The notes under the pieces were generated by a model, which saw only the letters and a list, made by a program, of their open reading frames with translations, did no database searches and was not told the DNA's origin. From assembly GCA_965218425.1 (NCBI GenBank), contig OZ244621.1:2528001-2592000 (forward strand): a stretch of 64,000 nucleotides of DNA, in the 5' to 3' direction. The first letter of the stretch is position 1. The number at the start of each line of letters is the position of its first letter. Shown here in pieces: positions 53,014 through 63,539 of this stretch. The position numbers and the translations under genes are program-made. This DNA is from an uncultured Candidatus Binatia bacterium (GTDB taxonomy: Bacteria > Desulfobacterota > Binatia > UBA9968 > CAXXLF01).

Positions 53014-53560
53014 TCAATCTTTTGCGTCATATTGATGAACCAGGAATCCTCCGTTAATCAAACCTTTGTCCGGCGGATAACCGTATTTGCGCAGGATGCG
53101 CTTGACGATCACTCGCAACTGGGCGCGGACATTTTCGCGAACCGTCCAGTCGATAGTCACGTTCTTTCTCACCGTTTCCACCAGTTCACGAGCGATTTTA
53201 AGCAGCGTCGGTTCCCCGAGCGCCCTGACCGCGCTGTCGTTCACTTCAAGCGCGTCGTAGAAGGCCAGCTCGTCTTCGGTCAGCTTCAACGCTTCACCGC
53301 GTTCGTTGGCGGCGCGCATGTCCTTCGCGAGCTGGATCAGCTCTTCGATCACCTGGGCGGTTTCGATGGCGCGGTTCTGGTACTTGCGGATTGCCTGTTC
53401 GAGCAGGTCGGCGAAGGATCGCCCCTGTACCACGTTGCGCTTCGCGCGCCTTGACCTGGCCTTTCAGCAGCTTCCGCAGCAACTCGACCGCGAGATTGCG
53501 CTGCGACATGCCGCGCACCTCGGCCGGGAACTCGTCGGGAAGAATGGAAATGTCCGGTTA
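53014..53560 (-). pseudogene. hsdR: Type I restriction HsdR C-terminal fragment
   Basis: [44 protein letters not shown]; frameshifted. Confidence 0.88.
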
Positions 53561-53689
53561 TTTGAGCCCGGCGGCGGCCCATGGGAGGTGCGTTGACTCT
53601 GTCATGCCTCTTGCCGCGTAGTGGGTTATTGACCTCCTCAGTGCCTATATCCATAATGACCGCGTCACTGGAGGAAGGGGGATTCGGTC

Positions 53690-54830
53690 ATGATTGAATG
53701 GCTTGGCATTGGCCACCTTTTCGAGCTATCCCGGACGGAAGCGATCGCGGGGTTTTTCACCCCGCTGGTGATCTTCGCCGTGTTTTTCCTGACCCAGCTC
53801 ATACTGCCGGGAAGGCGGGTTCGCGGCTACGTCATCAATCCGGAGACCCGTGAACCCCGCAACTATCGGCTAAACGGTATTCTGGTGTTTGCAATCGCGC
53901 TGATCGTGTGGGCTCTCGAGCTCACCGGGATGCCGCGTGATTGGTTCTACCGGTCCTCGATCTATGCTGTGGCTGGCGGAACGGTCTTCACCGCTATCTT
54001 TACCATCGTGGCGGTGTTCAGCCGGCCGTAGGGCAAGATACAGAATCCGATCTTGGCGCTGTGGGTTGGGCGGGCCCGGGAGCTGTCGTTCTTCAACAAC
54101 CGCTTCGACATAAAGATGTATCTCTATGTCGTCGGTGGGACGATGTTGTCGCTCAACGCCCTGTCCGGGGCCGCGTACCACTACGAACTCTTTGGCGAAG
54201 ACTCCAATCCAGGCGTTTTCCTGTATGCGGCGTTCTTCACATTCTACGTTCTGGACTACTTCATCTTTGAGCGCGTCCAGCTATATACCTACGACCTGAT
54301 CCATGAGAATCTCGGCTTCAAGTTGTTCTGGGGCGGCCTCGTGGTCTACGGGTGGCTGTTCATCCTCCCGTTGTGGGGCATAGCCGCTTACCCGGACCCC
54401 GGATTCTCGCCGGCGCGGACGTATGTTTGGCTCATCGGAACGGCTGCGCTGTTCCTGTTCGGGTGGAGTATCTCGCGCGGCGCCAACATGCAGAAATACA
54501 CATTCAAGCGATGGCCCGACCGCAAGTTTCTCGGGCTCATCGAGCCTGAGTACATTGAGGCCGGTGACCGCAAGATCCTGTGCAGCGGTCTATGGGGGTG
54601 TCGCCCGCCACTTCAACTACATGGGCGAGGGGTTCCTTGCCCTGTCAATTGCCCTGGTATTCAGCTACTTCACTAATCCCTGGGCTTGGACCTACTTTGT
54701 CTTCATCGTCACGCTGTTCACCTTTCGTCAACGTGATGACGACAGGCTCTGCGCCGAGAAATACGGCGCCGATAAGTGGGCAGAGTATCAGGCACGGGTG
54801 AAGCACCGGATTTTTCCTGGCGTTTATTGA
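53690..54830 (+). pseudogene. ERG4/ERG24-type sterol reductase-like membrane protein; TAG at 54029 and frameshift near 54595
   Basis: YRLNG, YDLIHENLGF.L.WG, SRGANMQK..FK, SGLWG/ARHFNYMGE, RQRDDDRLCAEKYG..W.EY...V..RI.PGVY. Confidence 0.82.
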
Positions 54831-54926
54831 GAGGGCTCCCTGCGGAGTCCATGCAGGTCGCCTGTGATGAGTTGACCGAGCTGAGGAATCCTGCGGCGCC
54901 GTTGCCGCCGCCGGCCGATCCAATAC

Positions 54927-55214
54927 TTGAACAACATCCTGGAGCAGGATCATCGAGCTATCAAACGACGAGTGAAGGCCAAGCAAGGCTTTCGTGGATT
55001 CCACGCGGCGCGGCGAACGATCCAGGGATACGAGGCAATGCGCATGATCCGGAAGGGGCAGGCGAGGCGGGTGGGCGGTTCGGATGTTCGGCGACAGATT
55101 CAGTTCATCAACAAGCTGTTCGAGGTGGATCGCTCCAATCGATTACTCGGCAACCCGGCTAGGTCTTGCAGCGATTCCGCACTGTCTAAAACCGTGTCGC
55201 ATTCCCGCAATTGA
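54927..55214 (+). pseudogene. IS6-family transposase 3' fragment
   Basis: NNILEQDHRAIKRR, GF......TIQGYE.M.MIRKGQ. Confidence 0.85.
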
Positions 55215-55263
55215 GCTAATGTGTCGGCCATGATCATCGCGGAACAGAAGATAGGGGCCGGTG

Positions 55264-56241
55264 TCAGGCATGCCTTCTTGCCGTTCTGGGCTTCCTTCCC
55301 TTTCGGATTCCAGCCCGTATCGTGCCGATTCTCCTCCGCAATGTCCCGTCCATTTGGATTCGATCTTCTAGTTGCCGCAACCCGCGGCTCACCACTCCGG
55401 CATCACGGCTTAAATATCGAGCAACCTCCGTGAGTCGGTATCCGGCTTCTTCAACCGCTATCTTTCCTATAATCCAGCGTACCCTGCTTATCTCCCTGCT
55501 CTTATCTCTTTGACGCACCCGCCGTGGTAGTACGTTGAATCGGGAACAAACCACTCCGACGATATCCTTAAGGGCAATGTCCACAGGGGGCTTGGTGTCA
55601 GGTTTTTCCACTCTTTCTCGTGTGTCCTCTACAAACTCCTCATCCCCCAGGAACCGCTTGTCAATAACATCGTAAAGGTCCTTGCGATGACCTTCCCCCA
55701 AGCCGTCCCTGGTGAACTCACGGTAACGTCGAATCGCCTCCTTTTGCCTCTTGCCGAACTGCTCCAGGACCAGGTTCACCGAAACCCCTTGGGCCTCGTT
55801 GCCTTGCAAGTACTCCCGGTGACTGCTCCACCGATACCGGTCGGGACGCCTGACTATTCCGGACCGAATTGGATTTAAGTGAATGTATCGCACCAGTTCC
55901 AAAAGATAACTGTCCCGGTCGCACACAATGGCCTTGTATCGGCCCTGAAATAGATGCCCGACTTTTCTATACCTGCGGTTGTATTGTCGGGTATAGCGGA
56001 ATTGGAGATTCTGCATGATCTTGGACAGTGGGATTTTGGCAACCTGGATTAATAGATGGACGTGATTGCCCATCAATACGTAGGCGTAGAGCTTGCAGCC
56101 GAATCGGGTCGGCAGCCCTTGAAGGATCGCAAGGTAGCGTTTCCGGTCATCGTCATCGCGGAAGATGGACCGGCCCTGGTTGCCGCGACTGATGGTGTGA
56201 TAAAGGGCGCCGGGAAAATGGACGCGGGGTTTTCTTGCCAT
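55264..56241 (-). CDS. REP-associated HUH tyrosine transposase (RAYT) with C-terminal HTH extension
   Basis: YH..SRGN, IF.DD.D, YVLMGNHVHLL, GHLFQGRYKA, YIHLNP, YRWSS; inverted repeats at 55260-55281 and 56273-56294. Confidence 0.9.
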   Translation of the reverse strand: MARKPRVHFPGALYHTISRGNQGRSIFRDDDDRKRYLAILQGLPTRFGCKLYAYVLMGNHVHLLIQVAKIPLSKIMQNLQFRYTRQYNRRYRKVGHLFQGRYKAIVCDRDSYLLELVRYIHLNPIRSGIVRRPDRYRWSSHREYLQGNEAQGVSVNLVLEQFGKRQKEAIRRYREFTRDGLGEGHRKDLYDVIDKRFLGDEEFVEDTRERVEKPDTKPPVDIALKDIVGVVCSRFNVLPRRVRQRDKSREISRVRWIIGKIAVEEAGYRLTEVARYLSRDAGVVSRGLRQLEDRIQMDGTLRRRIGTIRAGIRKGRKPRTARRHA

Positions 56242-56368
56242 GAGGTGTCTGTATCATTGAGCGCTTCAAACAGCAATAAGGCAAGCCGGACCCCGCCCCT
56301 CATGGCGCCCGATCCCTTTCGCGCCCATCTTATTATCACGCCGGCGGCGAAGCCGCTCGAACCTGATC

Positions 56369-56608
56369 CTACCCGTCCGCCTTCTCCGCGAGCCTGCGCA
56401 TCGTGCGCAGCAGCGCCGCCAGCTCCCGGCGTTCGGCGATCGTCTTGGCCGTGTAGCGCCCATGCTTGAGCGCGTTGGTGTTACCGATCGGCGCGCCGGG
56501 AGAGGTTCCCCCATGCATCCGGCAGCGGCCGTTCGCCATTGCGGGCGACCGGCACGGCCTCCTCTTGCGTGTCCGCGCTCCGCAGCGCGGGCTGAGGTGC
56601 ATGGGCAT
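56369..56608 (-). CDS. HGGxSTG-motif phage-type protein
   Basis: CGARTR....C...AM.NGRCRMHGG.S.GAP.GN.NALKHG. Confidence 0.8.
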   Translation of the reverse strand: MPMHLSPRCGARTRKRRPCRSPAMANGRCRMHGGTSPGAPIGNTNALKHGRYTAKTIAERRELAALLRTMRRLAEKADG

Positions 56609-57152
56609 TCTGCTCTGCACTGGTTTGTTCCTCCGATCTCTCGCGCTTGCCATTCCCCGACGCCTTGATGGCGCCGACCATCGCCTGTCCGCCGGCATTG
56701 ACGTGGACATGCTCGACCGTCACCTTCTGCCCGCCTTTGCCGCGGTGCTTGTTGAGCGCTTCAAGCAGGGTAGTCCAGGTGCGGGAGAGCTTGATCGCCT
56801 GGTTCAGGTTCTCGCTCCTTCCCTGAAGGGTCTGTTCGCCTATCATGGCGCGGCGGTAGCACTCCATCGCGGCGTTGTGGGCGGCGAGCAACTGCGCCGC
56901 CATCATGCCTTCGAGCTCGTCCTTGGGACCGATGCCTTGCAGAGCGGCGGCGGTGGCGCTGAATTGCTTGTCACGTGTCACGTTGTCGGAGTATTTGAGC
57001 CAGAGCGCATTCAAGGCCTGAGTGACAAGCGTGTGGTTCCATCGGTCGGACTGCGAGCCGCCGATGGCCTTGAACTTGCCCCTGTTGTCCTGCGGGTCGC
57101 CGAGGACGACTTTCGTCGGTTCGTTCCCCTTCGCGGATTTCCTATTTGTCAT
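56481..57152 (-). CDS. Phage/satellite-type hypothetical protein
   Basis: PKDELEGMMAAQL, QKVTVEHVHV..GGQA.VG; AGGGAG RBS; usually found with the HGGxSTG gene. Confidence 0.75.
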   Translation of the reverse strand: MTNRKSAKGNEPTKVVLGDPQDNRGKFKAIGGSQSDRWNHTLVTQALNALWLKYSDNVTRDKQFSATAAALQGIGPKDELEGMMAAQLLAAHNAAMECYRRAMIGEQTLQGRSENLNQAIKLSRTWTTLLEALNKHRGKGGQKVTVEHVHVNAGGQAMVGAIKASGNGKRERSEEQTSAEQNAHAPQPALRSADTQEEAVPVARNGERPLPDAWGNLSRRADR

Positions 57153-57501
57153 GGGTAGATACTCCCTGGGCGGTTGTCGCGCCCGCCGCCGACCGGCCGC
57201 AGATCGACCGCGGCGGCGATATGGTTTGATAAAAAAATTATACTCCTAAATCTCCCAAAAAGGGAACTGTGTGAAATCTTTCTGATAGGTCGGAGAGGGG
57301 AGGAATTGTGGGCTTTTGGACTTGACAATCTCAGCCTGCGTAGGGGTGATATATATGGTGGTCACGGCGGCTCCCAGGGATTGGCCACGTCCAGGCCCTC
57401 GAGGTCCGCGACATTCCTCGTTGCGACGGAGAGGTCAGGGGCTTGGCGGTTCCGGCGATGAGCGCATCCCCCAGGTTCAGCACCCGACCGGAGCGATTTT
57501 A

Positions 57502-57570
57502 TGGGGTCAGACCTTGACATTTGATATGATTCATCTCGCCTTCTCAAAAGTTATTGAGAGAGCACTAAAA
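57502..57570 (+). repeat. 69-bp direct repeat starting GGGGTCAG, copy 1
   Basis: 66/69 identical to 58219-58287; followed by a short copy of the RAYT 3' end (57572-57610). Confidence 0.9.
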
Positions 57571-57616
57571 ACCGGCGTCAGGCTTGCCTTCTTGCTATTT
57601 GGGTTCCCTTGTCCAA

Positions 57617-57645
57617 TTGACATGCGTACCGGTATGCGATACACT
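57617..57645 (+). promoter_or_regulatory. higBA promoter/operator
   Basis: TTGACA-N17-TACACT with spacer palindrome GCGTACCGGTATGC; ATG 5 nt later suggests a leaderless mRNA. Confidence 0.7.
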
Positions 57646-57650
57646 GCCTC

Positions 57651-57902
57651 ATGATTCGAAGGTTTCGTCATCGCGGCCTGAAGCGCATGTACGAGCGCGG
57701 CGATCCGAGCCGAGTGGGTCCGGACTTGGCGGGCCGCGCCGCGCTCGCCTTGGCGGACCTCGACTTGCCCGGCTACCGGCTTCACCCGCTGAAGGGCGAC
57801 CTGAAGGGGTACTGGAGCATATCGATTTCCGGAAACTGGCGGGTGATCTTCCGCTTCGAAGATGGCGATGCCTACGACGTCGACCTGATCGACTACCACT
57901 AG
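57651..57902 (+). CDS. higB: HigB/RelE-family toxin (possibly internally deleted)
   Basis: [34 protein letters not shown]. Confidence 0.88.
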   Translation: MIRRFRHRGLKRMYERGDPSRVGPDLAGRAALALADLDLPGYRLHPLKGDLKGYWSISISGNWRVIFRFEDGDAYDVDLIDYH

Positions 57903-57916
57903 CAGGAGGCAGCAAC

Positions 57917-58213
57917 ATGGCGATGAACAATCCCCTGCATCCCGGATGCAGCATCCGCGAGAACTGCCTGGACCCGCTCGGTTTGAACGTGACCGAAGCG
58001 GCGCGGGTCCTGGGCGTTGCCCGTCACACCCTCTCGCGGGTCCTCAACGGCCACGCGGCCATTTCTCCAGAGATGGCCATTCGGCTGGAGAAGGCGGGCT
58101 GGTCCAATACCGAGTTCTGGCTGCGCCGACAGACCACATATGATCTCGTGCAAGCGCGTAAGGAAGAACACCGGATCAAAGTCGAGAGATACCAGCCGCA
58201 GCCGACGGTGTGA
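57917..58213 (+). CDS. higA: HigA antitoxin
   Basis: HPG, VTEAA..LGV.R.TLS..LNG...IS.EMAIRL, FWL..Q..YDL. Confidence 0.92.
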   Translation: MAMNNPLHPGCSIRENCLDPLGLNVTEAARVLGVARHTLSRVLNGHAAISPEMAIRLEKAGWSNTEFWLRRQTTYDLVQARKEEHRIKVERYQPQPTV

Positions 58214-58218
58214 ATTTT

Positions 58219-58287
58219 TGGGGTCAGACCTTGACACTTGACATGATTCATCTCGCCATCTCAAAAGTTATTGAGAGAGCACTAAAA
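58219..58287 (+). repeat. 69-bp direct repeat copy 2
   Basis: Matches 57502-57570. Confidence 0.9.
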
Positions 58288-58410
58288 CTCTCCCGCCACT
58301 GTCGCCTCCCAGGTTGCACTGTCCCGACACCACGGAGCTGCTGCTGCTGCAATATGCGTCAACACGCCGTCGCATGACGTGGAGCGGCTCGGCTATGTCG
58401 TCTTTTGAAA

Positions 58411-58573
58411 CCGGCGTCAGCCTTGCCTTCTTGCTGTTCTGGGTTCCCTTCCCCTTCGGATTCCAGCTTGTATCGTGCCAATTCTCTTTTGCAACGGCCT
58501 GTGCATTTGGACGCGGTGTTCTAACCAGCGCAACCCACGGCTCATCACCCCGGGGATCACGGCTTGAATATCG
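58411..58573 (-). pseudogene. Diverged copy of the RAYT 3' end
   Basis: Colinear with 55258-55419; encodes ..SRGLR.LE.R.QM...L..RIGTI.AGIR.GR.PRTARR. Confidence 0.8.
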
Positions 58574-58649
58574 GTGTAGGCGGACGGAAATAAGAGGCGC
58601 CCCCCCGATAGGACCGGACCCCCATCCCGCGCGCGCACTTCTCAAGCGT

Positions 58650-60140
58650 CTACCGTTCCCGTCCTTTCGATAGCGCCTCTCTCCCGAACCGCTCGTTGGC
58701 CTCCAGTGTCTCGCGCACGTCGTCCCAGGTCGTGTTGTGATTGATGATGCAGAGCCTGAGCGCAAACGTCTTGCGCAGCAGGGTCGATGACATGAACGCG
58801 CGGTCCTCCCAAAAGACGCGGGCGAGCACGTTCCTGTTGATCTTCTCCAGGGCTTCCTCGTCGAGGTCGGCGCTCGCGGGGTTGACCCGGAAGCACACGA
58901 TCCCAAGCGACGCGGGGTTCAAAAGCTCCAGCACCGGGCTCTCCCGGATATACTCCTCGGCCCGGGCCGCCAACTCCATCCCCTTCGACACGGCCCGCCG
59001 GAACGCCGCCATCCCGAAGGTCTGCACCGACATCCAGACCTTCAACGCCCGAAACGAGCGGCTCAGTTGCAGGCCGCTGTCCGAGAAGTTCGGGTGGTTC
59101 GCTCCCCACACCGTGTCCTGGAGGATATCGTGCCGAACCGCGAATGCGCTCTCGAGCGTGCGTATATCCTTCACCAGAAGGCCGCCCGTCTCGTAAGGCT
59201 GGAAGAACCATTTGTGCGGATCCAGCCCGATGGAATCGGCGCGTTCGATCCCGCGCAAGAGCTCCTTGCCGCGCTCGGTCACCACCGCGAAGCCGCCGTA
59301 CGCGGCGTCGACGTGCAGCCAGATGCTCTCCGCCTCGCAGTAGTCCGCCATCGCTTCGAGCGGATCGATGGCCCCCGTGCTGCTCGCTCCGGCGTTGGCG
59401 CACACCGCGATGGGATTGAATCCCGCGGCCCGGTCCTCTGCCACGGCGCGCGTGAGCGCATCCATGTCCAGGCGGAAGCCTCCGTCGTTCACAACCAGGC
59501 GAATGCACTCCGGCCGAATGCCGATGATCCTGGCCGCGCGGATGAGAGCGCTATGGCTCTGGTCGCTCATGTACACGGTGGCGCGCTCGGGGTGGCCCGC
59601 CGCTTCCCGGGCCGCCGCCAAGGCGTCGACGCTGGTCGCCGACCCTCCGCTCGTCAAAAGCCCGCCCGCGCTCTCCGGATAGCCGAGCCAGCGCCGCAAC
59701 CAGTCGATGACCACCAGCTCGAGCTGGCTCGGACCGCTTGCGACCAGCCAGGTGCATGCGTTGATGTTGTATCCGGCCGCCATGAAGTCGGCCAGCACCC
59801 CGGGCCACGTGGGCGACGATGGGATAAACCCGAAGCAACGCGGGTGATCGTTCCGCAGCGTGATCGGGAGGATCTCTCTCGCGGCCTGCTCAATAACCTC
59901 CACTGGCGGGCGGCCGTCCTCGGGCGGAGCCTCCATCAGTCTGTCCATGAGCTCCTGCCTGAACTCTCCGTCCCAGGCGTTTTCTCCGGGCAAGCCCTCG
60001 ATCCGCTCCACCACGAGCTCGGCCGCCTTGCGGGCGAGGTCGAGCATGAGCTCGGGCGCCATCCGGAGGCCGTCGGGCGCTTCGCTACGTGCGCCTGGAC
60101 CCGGCTCTTTATCGCTCCCTTGTTCCATCAGACTCCTCAT
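58650..60140 (-). CDS. Group II PLP-dependent (aromatic) amino-acid decarboxylase
   Basis: HPR.FGFIP, TSGGS, SDQSHS, GAIDPL, WLHVDAAYGG, DPHKW, LSRSFRALKVW. Confidence 0.92.
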   Translation of the reverse strand: MRSLMEQGSDKEPGPGARSEAPDGLRMAPELMLDLARKAAELVVERIEGLPGENAWDGEFRQELMDRLMEAPPEDGRPPVEVIEQAAREILPITLRNDHPRCFGFIPSSPTWPGVLADFMAAGYNINACTWLVASGPSQLELVVIDWLRRWLGYPESAGGLLTSGGSATSVDALAAAREAAGHPERATVYMSDQSHSALIRAARIIGIRPECIRLVVNDGGFRLDMDALTRAVAEDRAAGFNPIAVCANAGASSTGAIDPLEAMADYCEAESIWLHVDAAYGGFAVVTERGKELLRGIERADSIGLDPHKWFFQPYETGGLLVKDIRTLESAFAVRHDILQDTVWGANHPNFSDSGLQLSRSFRALKVWMSVQTFGMAAFRRAVSKGMELAARAEEYIRESPVLELLNPASLGIVCFRVNPASADLDEEALEKINRNVLARVFWEDRAFMSSTLLRKTFALRLCIINHNTTWDDVRETLEANERFGREALSKGRER

Positions 60141-60216
60141 GCTGCAATACAGTCATTCCGGCTTCGGTCCCTATTCGGCAAGGCATGCGCAGAATAGCCG
60201 GCCCGCCGGAGCCCCT

Positions 60217-63200
60217 CTACCATGGCACCGAGCCCCACAGCATGACGCCGTGGTCGGGCGCATTGTCCTTTACGGTTTCGCGCCGGGTGCCTTCCAGCTT
60301 CAAGTTAAAGGATGAGCCGAGGCTGTAACGCCCGCCCACGCGCCAGTTACGCCCGCCCCCGGCCGACAGCGCCACCCCCGCATACGGGGTAAGGAGACCG
60401 CGATCACTCAGCGCATCCAGCCCGTAGCCCAACTCCGCATCCAGACGCCCGCCCGGAACGGCATCGTCCTTAGCCGCCAGACCCGCCACGTCAGACCGCG
60501 ACCACAGACCATTCACCCCGCTCGACACCACCCCCCACGACGGAGTCAGGGTGAGCGACAGACCGCGCCCCGACGCCCCCGGCTCCAGACGAACCGAGCC
60601 GCCAACGCCCCATTCCCTGTAACCGCTCTCCCCGTGCGCCGCCAGACCCCTGGCCCGCGCCTCCATCGTCAGACCCGACCCCGGGTTGGCATAGCGAAGA
60701 CCGCCGCCCAGCTCCAAACCCGTCCCCGTCTCCGCATCGCCCCCGTCGTAGCGCACGCCCACCTCCACCGAAGGCCTGAGCATTCCGCCCTGGCCTATCG
60801 CGAAACTGCCCGAGCCCTCCAGACCAAGACGCACCCGCATGGCCTCGGCTGTAATCGACTTCAGACCCGACTCCTCGTCCGACTTCACCTGCGTCAGAAA
60901 TACATCCGACTTCACCGCCAGATCGAAGCCCCCCGTCTGCGACGCCGACAGAATCTCCCCGCGCGCCCCCAACGCACCCATGGTCATCGCAATATCGGTC
61001 TCCACCAGCTTCTCGACATCGTCCTCTCTGAGCGACATCTTGCCACGTCCATAACCAAAAAGACCCCACACCGAGAGACGCTCACTCAACGCGTAGCGAA
61101 GATAGGGATGTACGCTCGTCAAAGACGCCTCCATCACGCTGCGCCCGTCCGCCGCGCTCCCAAGGTCGAAGCCGCCGTCGCCGCTGGAGTACGACACCGC
61201 CAGACCCGCCAGCATCCGGCCCCATTCGTAGTCCGCGCCCAACATGCCCGTCACCACCTCGCCGTCGAACGACGCGCCGTTGCTGCCGCCGAACTGGGTC
61301 AGCCCCGCCTGGCCCCACACCGTTCCCCGGCCGCCCGGGCCGGAGCCCTTGCCCCCCGCCATGGCCGACAGATGGAACGAGCTCCCGAGCAGAAGATCGC
61401 GCGCCGACGGGCTCCAGGATGCGGTCCTTCGATCATTCCATACCCCTGGGAGACCGTCACCGGCGGTACCGCCGTTGAAGCCGTTTCCCAGGGTCTGCGG
61501 GGACCGCAAGTCATCCAGAGTCAGCGTCCGCCCGGCGATCTTTACCTGCGAAGTCCCCGGGGAAGACAACGACAACCGGTTGCTGATCATCTCCACCGTC
61601 TGGCCCGCCGCCGCCCGGCCGAACCGCGCCAGCCAGCTCTTTGCCGCCGCCGTGCTCTCTTTCGACACCGGGTCGCCGTAGATCCCCGCGCCGACGATGA
61701 ACGCATTGGTTATCGGCCCGACGCCGGGGATGTTGAATGTGTATTCAACCTGGCGCGCATAGGTCACCTTGGGCACGTCGGCGCTGTCGCTGTCGTCGTC
61801 CGGATTGTCGAAGTTATACGAAACGAAGCCGCCCCCGGGTTTCTGCGCCGCATCGATGATCTGCGGCAAAATGAGTTTTCCGGTGACCACGTCTCTCAAG
61901 GTATCCGTGGGCTTCTGGAATTCGAATCTGTCCGGAAACGCCCCGTGAAGGTGCGTGTAGCCCTCCTCATCCGTCACGAAGAGGTAGACTTCGCCGTGCC
62001 TCCAGGGTGGTCTCCTCAAAACGCTTCTCGCGATTCCGAGAACTCCGGTGGGATTCATCTGTTGGAGCTCGGTGAGGTAGTCTATCGCCCCGTTTACGAA
62101 TTTTTTGAGCGTTCTGCGGTCCACGACCTCCTCGGCCGTTATCTCCGGCTCGGCGGGCTCGAGGGTTTCCGGCGCAAGGAGAAGTTCATGAAGGTTCAGG
62201 CCGGCGAGAAGAATGTAGGGGATGTTGGTGCCGTACCCCACGGCGTAGCCGCCGACTCCCGGCACGGGGCCGCCGTTGGTGTTCGGGAAGGTCCCTGTTG
62301 CAAACACAGTTTGCAGGCCGGCAGTTATGGTGTCTTGGCTGGTGACATCGATTCCTAACGCGGCAAGGATCGCTCCATAAACCAGGGGATTGAGCGGTCT
62401 GCCTCCCGTGGTCATATCGTCCGCGTTGAAGAACACCCTGCCGTCGAGTGTCACGGCGGAGAGGTAGATGGGGCCGGACTTCCAGGGCCCCTCGTTCCTG
62501 GTGATGCACCCGGCGTAGCCCAACTCCTCCGGCGTCGTGATGCTGTTGAAATAGTCTCTGGCCGCCTGCGCGAACTGACCCAGGGTGCCGGCGCCCGTCG
62601 TCACCTCGCCGGCCGTCGGGCTGGGAGTCGCCAGCGGGTTGTCCGGAACGCCCGCCGGGCGCGGGCAGTCCTGCGCCGTGGCCACCGCATCCGGATCCCC
62701 GTAGATGCCCGCTCCGATGATGAGTACATCCTGGAGAACGGTTCCGTCCGGCAGCGGGATTCGCACCTCGACCTCGCGCACGTAGCTCACTTTGAGTGTG
62801 TTGAAGTCGTCGTCAGGGTCATCCGGATTGTCGAAAAAATACCTGACGAAGCCGCCCTCCTCCCCGGCGCCCCTTGCCGTATCGATGATCTGCGGCAGAA
62901 TGAGTTGTCCGGTGCGTTCGTCTCTCAGGGTCCTCGTAGGGATCTGAAGTTCGAATCTGTCCGGGAACGCTCCGTGAAAGAGCGTGTAGCCGGTGCGGTT
63001 CATGAGGAAGAGATTAGGTGGGGCCATGCCTCCAGGGGCCGTTCGGGTCCCGGAAGGCGATCTTTATTCTCGAGTTGGCGGAGAGGTCTCCGGTGGCGGT
63101 GAGGGTCTTCACAAAGTCCGCCGCTCCGTCGACGAATTGCTTCAAGGTTGCGCGGTCCACGACCTGATCGGCCGTTATCGAGGGCATGCCGGGGTCGACG

Positions 63201-63260
63201 ACTTCCGTCTCTAGATGGGATGCCTGAAGATCGAAGCCGACCAGCATGACGGTTGGAGCT
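60217..63260 (-). pseudogene. Autotransporter with tandem Cache-like passenger domains; frameshift near 63020 and 5' truncation (60217-63027 open)
   Basis: Repeated YLF..D..G....HG...D..TG..I..II..A...GGFV.Y.FDNP...KV.Y...IGAGIY; linker WLARFGR; barrel motifs GMLGADY, VHPY, GVRYDGGDAETG; terminal W. Confidence 0.8.
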
Positions 63261-63300
63261 CGAGTAACGGAGGAGATGAATCCGACGGCGTAGCCGTCGC

Positions 63301-63539
63301 ATGATCAAATCCTCATTACTAGATTTGACAATAGCTATCGTCATTTACCGCAACGCCCTTCGCTTGGGCGAGGCAGTCCTACAGCGAAAACGCGCCGGTT
63401 TGTCGGTCGAGCCCGGGCTCCTGGCACACATCTCACCCCTCGGATGGGCTCATATCCCGCTCACCGGCGAGTACCGATGGCCGAGAATACGCTGGCCGGC
63501 CCTTAGCGTAGAATTTCGCCCCCTGCCGGACTCGACCCC
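63301..63539 (+). mobile_element. Tn3-family transposase 3' remnant with 38-bp terminal IR (63502-63539)
   Basis: LLAHISPLGWAHI.LTGEY.W; IR reverse complement GGGGTC...ACGCTAAG. Confidence 0.88.

Noticed and set aside
15912..54031. Three in-frame TAG codons (15912, 47969, 54029) suggesting amber recoding
   Set aside because: ftsZ, gshA, the kinase and panC end at TAG at expected lengths; two of the three genes carry other lesions; single transitions from CAG/TGG explain them
8511..57152. Complete prophage
   Set aside because: No capsid, portal, large terminase, tail or lysis genes recognised
60634..62358. Long antisense ORFs (574 aa here; also 33609-34850, 59067-60197, 15312-16415)
   Set aside because: Shadows of GC-rich genes on the other strand; Arg/Pro-rich with no motifs
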